From Ascidiella aspersa (taxonomy: Eukaryota): a DNA stretch of 64,000 nucleotides. The stretch spans positions 8,990,001-9,054,000 of the forward strand of contig OZ004612.1 of assembly GCA_963924565.1 (NCBI GenBank), read 5' to 3'. Positions 26,596-40,600 of this stretch are shown here, piece by piece. Numbering within the stretch: the first letter of the stretch is position 1; every line of letters begins with the position of its first letter. The notes beneath the pieces are model-generated. The model did no database searches. It saw only the letters and a list, made by a program, of their open reading frames with translations, and was not told where the DNA came from. Made by a program: the position numbers and the translations under genes.

Positions 26596-26738
26596 GTTAT
26601 ACCACAGTCCCGTATTAAAATGTTGAAGTTTTCATTTTTGAATTCCAGTGCAAATTCCGAGTTTAAATGTTCCTTAGAGTTGTTCATTCAAAAGATAAAT
26701 GTTTGCTTTGGCGCAGAATGGTTGGAAGTTGTAGTGAG

Positions 26739-26892
26739 ACGTAGTAAGAATATCAAAGCCCGTACAGAAGTAGGTAGAATTTTAAATGTTTTGATTACTC
26801 TTTATTCATTTTCAACATAGTGAGCAGGCACTCCTAAGAATATTCGAAACGTTCAAAATGATACCTACTAATGTATGGGCTTTGATGTTCTA
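26739..26892. mobile_element. Short palindromic MITE family; related copies near 41511 and at 45121-45250
   Basis: GAATATCAAAGCCCRTACAGAAG.AGGTAG arm with its inverted copy CTACTAATGTATGGGCTTTGATGTTC; the same arm recurs elsewhere in the window. Confidence 0.65.
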
Positions 26893-29800
26893 ACAATTTG
26901 CTTGCTCAAGTTTCCAACGCCCAAACAGCCAGTTTTACACGAAAAATCAAACGTATGAATATTTTATGGACTTTATTCACTATTTGAAAGCCCAATAACT
27001 CAGAAACGACATGCCCCACCCAATAAACAACATGGGGATCATACAGGATCGTTACGCGGGTGAATCATTCTCTGTCACTGGCCTACAGCAGCAGCGTTAG
27101 CTATGCTTCCGCCAATTAATGCCCATTTTTATCAGCAAGGGCTAGCCTCGCCCTGTGATTTTCAGAAGCGCGCGGCAAGTGTGATTTAATGAGGGTAGGA
27201 TTGAACCTATTTAACCCCAGTTGTTTTTGGTGAGCGAGCGAGATACAGTCGCGCGCCTATAGCTTGGTTATGCTGCGGTCACAGGTCCTTTGCAACGCAT
27301 GCAAAACCTCGTCGTTCATTTATTAAATCGTTCTACACGCAAGACGAATATTTTTGGTCACTTTGCGTACAACATTTAAGGCGTATTCATAAGAGATTCC
27401 GCTGCTCTAAAAACCCGTTGAAAAAGAGGACCATCATCATTATATTTATGTTTGTTAGCTGTTTACACGAAGGGTTAATAATGCAACTATAGGTTTATTC
27501 CGCAAATGCCTGGTGTTTTTGCAAGAAAAAAATCGTTGAACAAGAGACCTTTTAAAGTGTGCTGGCTTTGAATGGTAGACTCTTGCCATTTTTTGCCTCC
27601 CTAAGCCCCTTGTGTGGCTAGTTTTAGGCTATGACAAAATACAGCTTTTGTTACAGTAAAAAATTATGGCTTCTGTTTACACAACAGATGAATCAAAAGC
27701 TTTTCATTGTGTTAATTTTGTCACAAGCTACAGGCAAACTCTCAACAGCTAAAGAAGACCCTAAACGACCCTCTGCCGTTGATGTCGTTAAAGCAACTTC
27801 CGGAAATGGGTTGAATCTAGGCGTCTTTATCACCGCGTCTTGCTTGCTAATTGCCGTTTAATATATATATAGTTCTTTAAGGGTTGAACCCGTTTTAGTC
27901 GAAACGAACGATAAAGCGTTTCAGTAAAGATCCAATTTTCTATTTTTATTTTCTTTACTCCCCCGCCGACCCTTCGAACCACTTAAATAGATCCTTGACG
28001 GGTTCATCTTTTTTTACAAATATTTAAATGATGACTATTAAGACCGACCATTTAAAATTACAGTCACGATGTTCACAATGAGTTTGCCAAACTCCGCTCA
28101 ATGTGCCGTTTGCGAACTAAGTTTTCAGGGAAATAATTTCGAAAACGCTCAAACGGCTTCGATTGGTTTACGAGGCCGCCGTTAAATTGCGTCACGAAGT
28201 CGCTGTATAAAAAAAAGCGTCGTCCTTATTTACCCTAAACTATAAGTTTCCATTTTTAACACACCAAAACTGCCTCTATTTCTAAATTAATACCCAGTCT
28301 ATTTTATCACATAATTTACATAGGAGCAAAACTAGAAATTTTTCGCAACATTACGATGACGTGTAGCAATAGAGGAACGTTAATATGCCGTGTAACAGCA
28401 TCAGGTTGTAAAGGAATCGTTTGTGGAATAAATTGCCTTAAATTTTTACCCAACTCAACACTGTCGTATAATACTACAAACCGCGCTCGTTGGGAAAAAT
28501 GAGTTTCCGGGAATGCGCTTAGAATAAATAAAAGCGACTTGTTCACACTTTGCAATTTACCCGCTCGGCGAAGATTGACAGGATATGCGTGGCGAAATTT
28601 GCAGACACACATTTTTGCCCCCACTGGTTCGTTACTTCTAATACCATCTTTACGCTATGTTTCGTTTTGGCCGCTGGATTGGCATTGCTTGTACCGCTAA
28701 ACGATAATATGTAATTAAATTTAAAATAGACTCCACCTTCATTCAATTTCAAAAAATGTTTCCTGAAGATATGGCCATCAACCAGCAAGTTTTTTTTAGT
28801 TCCATTTTAAGATGTTTTAATTTCAGAATTCGAGTAGAAATGTTTTATAAAAAAAACTTTATAAAATTTAGGAAAACCTCTTACAATGCACGGCTTTTCT
28901 TTTATTCGATTTACAGACTTGGTTTTCCACTGTTCCCCTTGTTTGATTCATACGCCCGGGGTTAGAAAATATGGCCTAGTGTTTTACTCAGACACTCAAA
29001 AAGGAGCCTGACTTCAAATTTTCCCTTTTCCCGAACTTCAAAGGCGCGTTTCTTAGTCTTGACCAAATTTGGTGCCGAGAGGTCAATTGGTCAGATGACG
29101 CGCGGTCACTTGAAAACGGTCGAGGCCACTTTGCCCAAAACTTCGTTAAAAAGTGCGCGAAACGATTTAAGTTCGGTAAGCGAAGGGACGGTTTGCCCAG
29201 TTACATAAAGTCTCCCTTTTTCACTCGCCTATTCGATTATCACAAACTTAAATAAGAGAAAATACGCAAAATTACGGTATGTTGATTTTAAAGCGGCGTG
29301 TGTTACTCTTTTTTTTTTTGCTAAATTCTTGCCTCTTTTTAATGTCGGCGGTAAAAAAGATGAAAAAATGGCCAATAATTGTAAACGCCCTCCGGAAAAC
29401 CGGTCACATGGACAAAAGCACGAAATATTACTTTTAACGCAATACAAAATGAGGCGAAATAAACACGTGTCAGAATGCGACCATTTAGCAGGGAGGCATT
29501 AAAAGACAACTGTGGATTCGAGACTTACGACTGTAGTATTAAGCTTCAACAGAGCCCTGTCCAGCACGAAATATTTCGAATAGCGTAACAAAGTAGGCCG
29601 CGTGTTAACCGGCCTGCTTGTGGATCTAATCGCCCCCTTTATCAAAATTCCTGGCGATATTATTGCCTCGCGAGCGTGCACCCGACCCTAGGAACATGAT
29701 ACAGGCTCTTCCCTAAGCGCCAAGGGCTATGCTTTACTGCTACTGCTGATGTGATACAATCTTTATTACGGCGCTTACACTGCAAATGGATCACGACTTC

Positions 29801-32800
29801 AGAACAATTTGCGTGTTGTTTTAGGCCGATTGTCGTGATTTTCTTTTCGCGCCAACTCCATTTCGCGTATTTTTGCTTATCTACTGGTTTTTGAAGGCGA
29901 TTGTAGTTATTTTCGAACGCTTCGATAAAGCCACCGCCTATTTTCGCTTGCAACGACATAAAAATGAAGAGTTTCCGCTTTTAAATGTCATAGTGACATT
30001 AACGCTCGCAAATAAAACACTTCATAATTTTTTGACGAAACTATGATTATGAAAATAATCCATGATAACCAAATAGGCCGACACTTGTTTTTAAACGTAT
30101 AAACTGTACAGTAGTATAAATTTGCATTGTTTATTATTCAACTGTGGGCGTTTTTTAACAAACTAGTTGAACAGTCACCCCGAACAGATTTTCGTGTGAC
30201 CAAAGGTTAACCAACAGCTTGGCAAAAATATGTCGCTCGCAAACCGTTGAAGGCTAAGTGTGAAGCACCAACTCTCATCGCCGAATAAAGCGGTAAAAAA
30301 GAACCTGTTTCGTCCAAACAATGGGAACTAACAACAAACTTTATATCCCTGGAAACTAAACCCTAAAATTTAATTATTTAACCGTATTAAATAAAAAATA
30401 GAAGGCCCTCGCACAAACTCTCAACGCCGCATTACGTGGTTGCATCACTTTGTCACATCCAAACCATGGCCGCAGCCTCCTTATTTCGCCGCACACGAAG
30501 CTGGCCAGCAGTTTTAAATGGCGCCGATAATCGGACATCGTTTCACGCCGCTTTACCAGTTCTCGCCAGATGATAAGACGGGCGCCAGTGAAAGACTCCC
30601 CTTTGTTCTAAGCTCGCGTGTCTTTGGCCGAGTAAAACTAAACCAGGCCGGGTCTCGCCAAGCGAAACGCTCACCTGTCCGCAATGCAAACATGTTGTGG
30701 ACGGACTCTAAGATTGCCTGGATAAGGACCGCAAAATCAGGGATCGTTTTCACCCCAATCCTAAATAAAAAACTTAATTTTGTGAAAAAAACGACCCTTT
30801 GGAAATTTGCGAACAATTAAACTCCATGTGCTGATTTTTCTTCTGTTTTCTTGTGTTTTGGTTTTCAACTTTGTCCAGGCTTAAAAAGTATGTTTTATGT
30901 GGTTTCCTAACGCTGAACCGACATCTTGGCTCGTTAATAGTGTAAATACTTACGGGACATTTGTTTTGTATTGTGTTGTTGTTGGTCTTGATCATAGCCA
31001 CTGTATGTTGGCGATTAAAAAAAAACATCTTTGCAAGTTGTTATATAGGAAATTCACAGCCACGCTTTAAAAACTAAAAAATTTGCGCGTTTTTTTTATT
31101 TCTGAAAATGTTCACTTTTGCCAGTAAACTTGAAGTTTTGCCGAGCAATAGTCACAACTTTAGCAAAAAAACATGAAATTTGGCTTTAAAACGACTTCAA
31201 AACAAGGCTTTACAAAATGCACCTCGACACAACTTAAAGCCATATTGAAAAGCAAGAAACTTGACTCTGAAACACTCCGAAAACGGACTCTGAACACTCC
31301 GAAAGGCGTCCTCGAAAATTCCGCAGCGCCTGAAAAAGACGCCGCCGCCGCCGCTTGGTCAGTCGGCCGTTGCTCTTTTGTACAACCTGAACGAGTCTTG
31401 ATCAGTATAGTAATCAGCTTATCTCGAGCCGGTTCGTCTCAGCCTGTCGGCGCGCCTAAGCCGTGTCCTGTTTGTTTTCGTCTATTAGCGTGCGATTGGC
31501 CTTCGCCTCGTTACTGTAGCTAATTTCCGCCGACCGTGTTTGATTGCATCTCGGTGTGATTAAAATTCCGCCCGCTAATGCTGCGTTTTGTAGCTGCTGT
31601 CTGTAGGTTGTCGGAACAATGCCCACGGCGGCCCGCCAACTTCAGGAAAAAATAATTTTTTTGGCCAGATTTTTATTTTACTTTTGCGCTAAACGCTCAA
31701 AATAAACAAACCCGTTCTTGTGGCTGCCTTTGTCTAAATCTAAGCCGTCTTCTTGATCTTTCTTTGTGAATACGATGTAGGCTTTTCGAAGGGCTCAAAA
31801 TATTTTAACCAAGTATAGACTTCGTAAGTTTTCAACCTTATACTTAACGACATTTGATGGAGCTTAAAAACTTGCAAACCGTACTTAACGCCACGAAATG
31901 GCAAAAATAAAAACATATTGGGTAAAACGTTACTTCATATGTCCAAATTAAAATGTGATTTTTTTCATTATTATCCTAAATAAAAATGATTAGTGAAAGC
32001 AATCCATGATTGTTCAGAAATTCTCCCGTTTTCGAGGTTGCCAAAAAGCCACGCATTCAAAATATTGGCATTTTGTCCTCTTTTTTTTACTTTTAATATT
32101 TGTACTAATAGTAGCATAATGTGTGTCCATGGCCTTCAGTAAGTTTAGCCCCTCCCCACTATATTGGAGTTTGTCTTTGTCTGCTGACACGCGCCTGCTT
32201 CAAATGTCGCTGTATGTCCCTTGTCGAAAAGAGTATGTCCCTCTGTCTTTTCCTTTAAATTAAAATTTATTTTTTCGCCGTTTAGGGCTCGTATAGGTTC
32301 GCTTGAAGCCCTTTGGGAAATGTTCTTGCTAATTTGCGCCAACGCTGCAAATTTTCCCATTTTATTATAGTTTTTAGTTTTCTTTGATTAGAATCAAACA
32401 AAAGTTTAATTAGACGCTGTACAAATGAGCTAAAACGTCGATTCTTTAACAACACTCCTACGAAAAAATAAAATAAAGTTTAAATTAATTGTAAATATAT
32501 TCCCTAAGTTTTCAATTTTGGCGACTCGAACGATCAAGTTTTTATACCAGGTCTGGCTAAAAACTCGCGTTTCAACCAATCATGTGGCAGTTTGGCACAA
32601 AAAAGATATACCTAAAAAAAATGGACTACATTCAAAGATTCCTTGCAAAGCCGCACATTATTATCAGCGTTCCGTTTTCGCGTCCCCTGTTTTTTTCCCA
32701 GCGGATGTGGCAACCATTGCGAACTTTGAGCGAACCTGTTTTATTTATTTCTGTCGAAGCATCGTGATTTCCATCTCGCAGGCTTCCCTTGTGCCCGTAG

Positions 32801-35800
32801 CACGTCGCGTTTTTGTGGTTTAAGCAGTTCTCAGTGAGGTGAATGACGTCTTGTCGTTGCCAAATCCAAGCGCAGAGCAATTGCTTCAAAAAACAGTGTT
32901 GTAGTGCCTTAATAACAATGAATTGACTTAAGTCTTTTGGGGACATAGACTTAATTTTTATTATAAAATTAATTTTTTTTTTTGAATTTTTTATTAGAAA
33001 ATTAGGTTATTTACCTTAATTTTTGCACATCAAACGATTTGCCTGCTGTATATTGCGTTTTGTGTTATTTTGTAGTTAAGTTACTACTCACAATCAGACT
33101 ACTTTACCAATTTTGATAGTTCAACGTTCAAGTTTTATGACAAGGGCTTGACTTAATATTGGTTAGCTTTAATTATGACGTCACTGACACTTACCTTGTT
33201 ATTTATTGAAAATTACTTGGACTTAAAAAAAAAGTTTTTTTAAATGAATTGACTGGGAGTTAAGTCATTTTAAAATCACTTGTTTGCAACACCTTCAAAA
33301 ACTGCCACTGCAGACTATTTTTATTCCAAGGAATAACGCCGGTAGAAACGCGCGCTTTATATTTCAGCAACATCGCCAACCCCGTCTCGTGTCAGTGCCT
33401 GCAAAATCGGCGTGTGTGTTTGCAATAAGGATTCGCCTGTCTCAATTCTGTCACGTCCCTTATCGCCTTTCGACGCCAAGGCTGCCCGATTCTTGAATAT
33501 TTTTCCTGTACAGATTAAGTTATGATTAGGATGATTGCCCTAAATCTTAATAGTTGTTAACAACCAGAAAATTTTAGAAAGCACTTAAGCAATAAATCTG
33601 CACTCGTGGAACTGTAATGGATAAAGTTTGAATGATAAATGGGATTCAACATTTTCGGGAACAATTTGATATTTAAATTACTTAATGCAACTCAAATGTT
33701 TTTCAAATACCAGGAGTATAAACATATAACATTTTATTTTAATTCTAGATCAAAGTTGAAAAAGAGATTAACCGTAAACCCATAAAATACCATTGTAGAT
33801 ATATTATTGGCGTCTTGTGAATTGTATAATTTATTCTTGGGACCCCCCTCACCCACTGGCCTTCGATAAGAAAAAACTGCGATTATCCAATAACGCGCCT
33901 CGAAGGTACTTAACCCCACGTAGTCAACCAGTCGGTGCTAAACGGTCAGACGAAAAAAGAATCCGGCATCAGTCAGATTAGTGCGCCACAGATTTGACCG
34001 AGCTGCCCCGCGCCAGATTATGGCTTTTAACTCGGCCGAAAATCCGACGGATAAACAGTCTTTGATCTACTCGCCGCACTCTCTTAATTTAGCGCCCCGG
34101 TTTATTCCTGCTTTTGTGCTATAGCCCGTGTATAGGTGTTGGGTATTTCCCCTAGAACTATGGTTAAAAAAATGTGCTTTTGTTTAGTTTGCGACGCGTC
34201 ATTGCAATTGAGGGAAAAATTCCAGCCCAATTTCGTGAGTCAAATTGTTTTAAATCGATTTCCATCTTTTGTTGAAGTGTGGCGAAATGAGTTAACCCAA
34301 AAGGATTTTTTGCTTGAAAGCAACGGTTCATAAAAAGACTTCACAAAGCAACATGGCCGTAAACATTTATTTTTTTTACTTTTTTATTTTAGAAAGCGTT
34401 TATCTTCGGTTCAAAATCAGCTACAGTGTACAGAGTTATTAAAGCGAATAAAGTTATTGAAGCGTAATGTTGTAATTCGAGTTCACATCCATTTTAAATT
34501 CAGTTCGCTGTCACCATTTGTTTGGTTAAAATAAACAGGGGGTTCTGTTAATTGAAGACAGAGGAACGCCGACTTGGTGCATTACAACTTAAGTATATTG
34601 ATGATTTTAAATAAGGATTACCCCATAGCGAAAATTATTTGCCTACAGTTTGCTACTCGTTAAGTAAACCGACGTAAATAAATTCTCCAAAACCAACAAG
34701 AGAATTTCTCTGATCTGTTTTTGGTGTTGTGTTACGACAACAACACGTAAAATGTAACACCGCCATAGGTTTAAGTTTCAATGGGGTTTTGAAAACTTGT
34801 CTGTTTCGGCAGTTTTGGTCAATAGTCCTGGATAAACACAATACACAACAAAGTTAATTACTATACAATTTGTACACGTGTATAACAATTTGCAACCTTT
34901 CGTGTCAACTATAGAGATAGGCATATATTATCTTTTGGCCGATGCCGATAAAGTGAGTTCCAAAATCAGGAAAATTTATTTTAAAGGATTTTTCATGTAG
35001 TAAAATATCGGCAAAAATATCGGTCCTAATTTACCGATACCGATATATCGTTGAAACTGAAATATCATCCGATATTGTCAGTAAATCAATATATCGATGT
35101 ATCATCGTTTTTACCCGTGCATTGTTCTTTAGAATCTTTTCGTTAAAGGTCAAAAAGCCGAATAGCTGTTTTGTAGTCTTTTGCTGTTAATTGCGCCGCA
35201 AGTTTTCTTTTAATTAGGCGTTCTACGATAAGGTTAAGGTTGAGGTTAATTGAAGCGCGCTGTGTTTTTAAAGAATTCGACGAAAAACAATGAATGAGTG
35301 GTTGTTGCAAGCCATTGTGTTGAAATATGAGGCTGCCTTGGCTCATTTCCTACAATTGTTCAGGATGGCGGTCGACTCGAAATAAAATTATTGCTCACGG
35401 GAATTTTTGCCCGGTCAATATAAACTGTGAATAGGATCAGCATTTTTTAAGCCGCTCAAGCGGTGGGTTAAGCTAGTTTGCTAGTTTTAAACGCGATCAA
35501 ATGACATTTTTTAGCCACGACTTTTTGCCTCTATCTTCTTTTACTTCAGCGCTGGTGAACATAACACAAAATCAGGGTGATAAAAAACAATTAGCTGCTT
35601 TTTAAACAGCTATTAAAATCAGAATCAATACAGGGTTGCCTCAACGTATTCCAGTCAAATGGCTTGAATTAATTCATTGAAAAGTCTTATGAAAAACCTA
35701 TATTTTACCAAAAACTTTACAAAGTCTAACAATTTATTTTACTTGCAGCTTACGTAACAGGTTTAGAAAATGTCGAAGTAAAGCAATTTTTAATTTTTTT

Positions 35801-36195
35801 TTTAATTTGTTATTGTGTTGATCATGGCATTTGTTCGAATTATACTGTTTTTGTTTTCTAAGTAAATTTAAAACACGCCGAGTGATGTAATTTTGAAAAA
35901 CACATTTTCTCAAAATGTCTTAGAGTTTATTTCGTAATTTGCTTTAGCATTAGGAATTTTTAATGTCTTATAGAGTTTATTTCCAAATTTGGGAAGGTTA
36001 AGCTAACAAATTTATTGTTTAATAAATATATTCAATCAAATTGTAAAAATAACCGCGTTTGACCGCAAACCATGTCTATAATTGGTGTGATAGTATGGTA
36101 TCGAATTTGTACCGATACCACCATTTGGCTTTGGTTATCGACTCCGGTCCGATATTAACTTTAATTCTTACACCCAACTATACTAATTAGAACAA

Positions 36196-36448
36196 CGATA
36201 GAAAATACAATTGCAATAGCGATATAAATACAATTGCAATAGCGATATAAATACAATTGCAATAGTGATAGAAATACAATTGCAATAGTGATAGAAATAC
36301 AATTGCAATAGTGATAGAAATACAATTGCAATAGTGATAGAAATACAATTGCAATAGTGATAGAAATACAATTGCAATAGTGATAGAAATACAATTGCAA
36401 TAGCGATATAAATACAATTGCAATAGCGATAGAAATACAATTGCAATA
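36196..36448. repeat. 23-bp minisatellite, about 11 copies of TACAATTGCAATAG(T/C)GATA(G/T)AAA
   Basis: Visible 23-bp period. It produces the spurious 23-aa-repeat ORFs in all three minus frames. Confidence 0.97.
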
Positions 36449-37507
36449 CAATTTGTCGTTAAACACTAAACAGTGCAACCCGATTTCCAGAGTAAGGATT
36501 AGACGAAGACGGCTACATTACATTACAAACTATGACCCGTGTGGAGTTTTCCATATATGGAACGCATAACTGCTGTAGTGACGCCGGTCGCGGTATTTGC
36601 GCCCGACGGACTTGCTCAGTAATTAGTTTTTGAACCGGCGTTCTTTTGGGGGCGCGTCGGCATGTCTTGTTACTTTCCGCAAGGCTGCGCGCTAATGCTC
36701 TGTTTGTTTGCTTCCACATTAAAATCACGCCAGGCGTGTTTTCCACACACCCGGGTCCGGTCTTGCTTTGTGCGAATGAAGAATGCCGCCATTGTGTAGT
36801 TGTACGCGTTCCGGGACCGTTTCATTTTTGTGAAGTTGTTTTCAGTATGTTTCTTGGTAAAATCCAAGTGGAGACATGTGTTTTAATATCGCTACTCGTC
36901 CGATACTGGCTGGTATCGGCGTCGATCCGCTACCAAGTTAAATCATGTGCGTTGCAATCATGTTTTGTGTTACAAAGCTGAGTTTTGTATACAATAATCA
37001 AAGGAATTTCTAAAAACAAGTTACAGTGAAAAATGATTATTGATAGGTTTTCTAACGCAAGAGTCATTTTCGGCCTAATACCCAAAAAATCGTTACCAAT
37101 TCCCTTTTTAATTTGACCAATTGCTTATTTGACTATAAGGGCATCAAATGGCATCGCATCAAGTGACGATATTTTTCCTCAAAATATTGGCCATCGGTAT
37201 CGTAATAAGATATAACTGTCGCATATCTCTATAGTTGACACTGTAGCAATTTCCCAGATACCTTTTTGTTGGAACTTTGAAATTCGACAGAACTGATATC
37301 GGACTTGACACGTTATTGATATACTATACGCAACAAAGTAAACTGTGCAAATGGAAAAATATTTGTGACACTTAACCCAATTTTTACATTAAGCAAAGTT
37401 TTTCTGTAACTTTAATTGTAAGCAGCGAATGCGACCAATCACATCACCCACTTCATATTTGCTGTATACAAGTTTTACTAACCACTATATTTCTTTACTT
37501 TGTTCAG

Positions 37508-37679
37508 AGGAAGCAGCGATCCGACAAGGTCAAGAACGCACGAAAGCGAAAGAAAAAAGGGAAGAAGAAGAAAAAGAGAAAGTCGGAACGTCAGCGGAGG
37601 TCAATCATTGCCAACAGCGAGTCACCGCTTCCTTACGACTGGGACTTTCGACAAAACGGATACTTCTGCGACAATCCGA
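37508..37679 (+). CDS. disp1: Dispatched coding exon 4, polybasic tract plus furin site (RKQRSDKVKNARKRKKKGKKKKKRKSERQRRSIIANSESPLPYDWDFRQNGYFCDNP)
   Basis: TTCAG acceptor and A|GTAAGA donor; phase 0 in and phase 1 out, exactly what exons 3 and 5 require. DWDF...YFCDNP matches DISP1 DWNF...FFCDVP. This frame is missing from the ORF track. Confidence 0.92.
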
Positions 37680-40600
37680 GTAAGATCGCTTAGGCTTTTC
37701 CTAAAACATGAAAGTGATTGTCAATGTGGTGGGTCGGGCTGTTTTCGATTTTTCAAAAATTTTTTTATTGATTCTGCAACAGTTTTGATTCGGATTCTGC
37801 GGCCATCTCGCAACGTTGAGTATTGGAAAAAATCCATGAGCGTAGTATCTGGGTGCAATTTGAAACGCGCCTTATAAGCTAGAACTTTTTTGTAGTATGA
37901 TCAGCAAAATCACACCCTTGGCGGATATTTATTGGTTCCATGAGTTAACTATTTAAAAGTAAACAAAAAACATCCACGCTGATACAGAAGGGGTTTACGC
38001 AGTATAAAAATCAGTGATAAAAGTATAAAAATCAGTATAAACTATTCAAAATAATAGTTCGAAAGTTTTACACATAGTCACCTATAGTTTGTATATGTTT
38101 AGGTAAAACCACATAGGGTCTGTGTAAATTGTAGAGAACACGCAGAATTCAACAAGCACAAAGTTCACAATTTTTTTTTTGTTTATCCTACTTAAAAAAC
38201 CCTCATTAAAAGAGTGAGCCTTTTCGTCAATTTTTAACTTCTAAAATTCTAATTGTTCTCATTACCACGGTAAACTAATGAAACATAAATTAACATAGGC
38301 CATCTTGCAAACCTAATGTCCCAACATAGGAGTGAAATTAAGCATCGCTTCACTGTCGCTCGAATTTTCGATTTCCAACCCCGACCGCCTCCCGGCGTTG
38401 GCTCCGACCTGGCTCCCACTATAAGGCAATACGCCAGCTCGCTGTGAGGTCAGCGGAAGCCATGCGGGGGCACTTCGGTCTCATTCTACGAGTTCACGCG
38501 AACCGCAGTCGGCCCCCGCCCTAATGACCGCTTCTTAACGGCCGGAACCCGTTTTGGGACGTTTTTTTCGTACAAGTTTTTTAAGTTTTGGTAATTCTGC
38601 GAGTAGTAGCCTCTAAAATATCCAAACTCGTAGCGATTTTGCCTGGTAATTTTCCGCGAGCTAGGATTGGTAAGATTTAAGGAGGTGATTGTTACTTTAC
38701 AAGTTTGAATAATTGCCAAAAAGTGTAATTCGACAACTCATACAACGGATCATTTTTACAAAAATATGTCATGTTATCTTTGCTATCTATACTGAATAGC
38801 AAAAAGTATTATCAGTCTTACAAATTTATACATTTTTGGTCTATGTTTGACATTGGTTCGCATATATTTTTTTAATTAATTTGATGGAAGTTGTTAGGTT
38901 AGCCAAACATTTCTTTCGGTCATAACTTTATTAATTTTCAAAATGGGGGTAATTGAAAACCATTAAGTTGGTCTCAACCGTTCAAAAATAAAAAATAAAA
39001 AGGCTTGGAACCACTGGCTTAGGAAAAAATAAGATAGAGCCGGGTCTCTTCAAGAGTGGCCGATTTGCTTGTGTTCGCGTTTTAATTGCGCGATGACCTC
39101 GGTCTTATTGCGCCACACGCGCGCGCGATTTTCGTAGTACTTCCACCCCAGCTCTTATCCATTTTTCTTAACGTGATGACGACATCTCTCGTATTTGCTT
39201 TTTTCAAGTCTCCCAATGCGTTTGCCCGCGACCAAACGAGAGCCAATCAATCGGTGCTATAGCGATTGTGCAATACAATCGATTTAAAAACAGGATCACC
39301 AGCAGTATGTGGTGATGCAATCGACGGATTTCCGACTTTATTCCGCCTTTTTCCCTCCCCGCTCTTTCCACAGCGACTCGCTGTTGTTTTGTTCACGCCC
39401 TCGCTTTTTTCTGCTTTTTTTCTAATTTGAGAGCCGCTCATTGACTGTAGTTTGTTTTTCACTGAAGGCTCCCACTCGCATTTTGCGTCTTAGGCAGTGG
39501 CTTACAACAGGGTTGCCACAGTGTATTTAAATGTCTTGAATTGATTTGTGTGTTGAAGATCCTTAAAAAAACCTGCTTTTCCAAAAGTCATTGAACTTGT
39601 TTTATATTTAGTTTAACTTAGGAGAAAATGTGTTGAAGAGAAACATTTTTTTTAACCCTTTTTTATTGTGTTGACCGTAGCATTTATACTGTTTTGTTTT
39701 GGAATTATTTAAAAAAAATTTAACCAATCCTATTTTAGGTCTTTGAAAGGGTAAACATTTTATTTTTTTATAAAACTGTGTGGAAACGCTTGGTTTAAGT
39801 TAAGAGGTGATCGTGTTTGTTTTTTCTCGTGAACCAACTTAAACATTTATTCTATTGATGTCGAACACTGTCCAATAGTGGAATGCTATTTGGATCCAAC
39901 AATCAAAGGACAAATACAAAAAATAGCGGGAATAGTGTTACTACAAGTTGATTAAATTCCTTATCATGACTAACTTTTCACATTTGAAGTCCAGACTTCC
40001 TAAAGCCCATTAAAACCAACAATTTACGTTAAAAATAAACATATTTTTTTAAACAATTAGTTGTTTTACTTTACCTTTGGCGACGGCAGTTTAAATTGAC
40101 ATTTATCTACTAATGTTTTTTCACTCAGAAAAACTGTACTTTCTGTGTTTTTGGACTCCCAATTGCTATAAAGAGGAAAGTAAAAAACGATTTTAGGGTT
40201 GGAACGATTAACATCAGTATTTTTCAAGTAACATACCAAGTGAATTCCCGAATAACATTGATTTTACTGCAAAACGTTAAGCTCAACTAGCATAGCGACA
40301 GAATTTCGCTATTTTTTCCTAATCCTGATTTAAAGGTCCAAACAAGAAAAATTCCCAAATTTACAAAACTGTTGAAAATCTGAACAACCCCACCGAACAC
40401 GCGCCAAGCGCAAGTGAAAAGCTAATTACCTCGACCCCTAACGTTGTTGTGTCCCAGCCTCTAGCGCTTCGCCTGTTTTGTGCGTGTTATCTGCTTTACG
40501 CCTAATTATAGCTCAACAGCGTTTTGGCAGAGGTCGTACGTCAATCACGGCCTTGCGCCGCTTATATGGGCAATAGATGTCGCCTGCCCTGACCCGACTG

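Larger units (their letters stand above)
6632..37507 (+). other. 30.9-kb intron of Dispatched
   Basis: GTAAGT to TTCAG. The flanking exons join in phase 0 and give a protein contiguous with DISP1 ECD1. Confidence 0.8.

Noticed and set aside
36161-36478. Three overlapping Cys/Tyr-rich repeat ORFs, and a superficially CRISPR-like array
   Set aside because: They are translations of a 23-bp tandem repeat with no unique spacers, in a eukaryotic intron.
37429-37877. ORF-track proteins of 84 and 125 aa over exon 4
   Set aside because: These are the wrong frames; only the third frame matches DISP1 and the splice phases.
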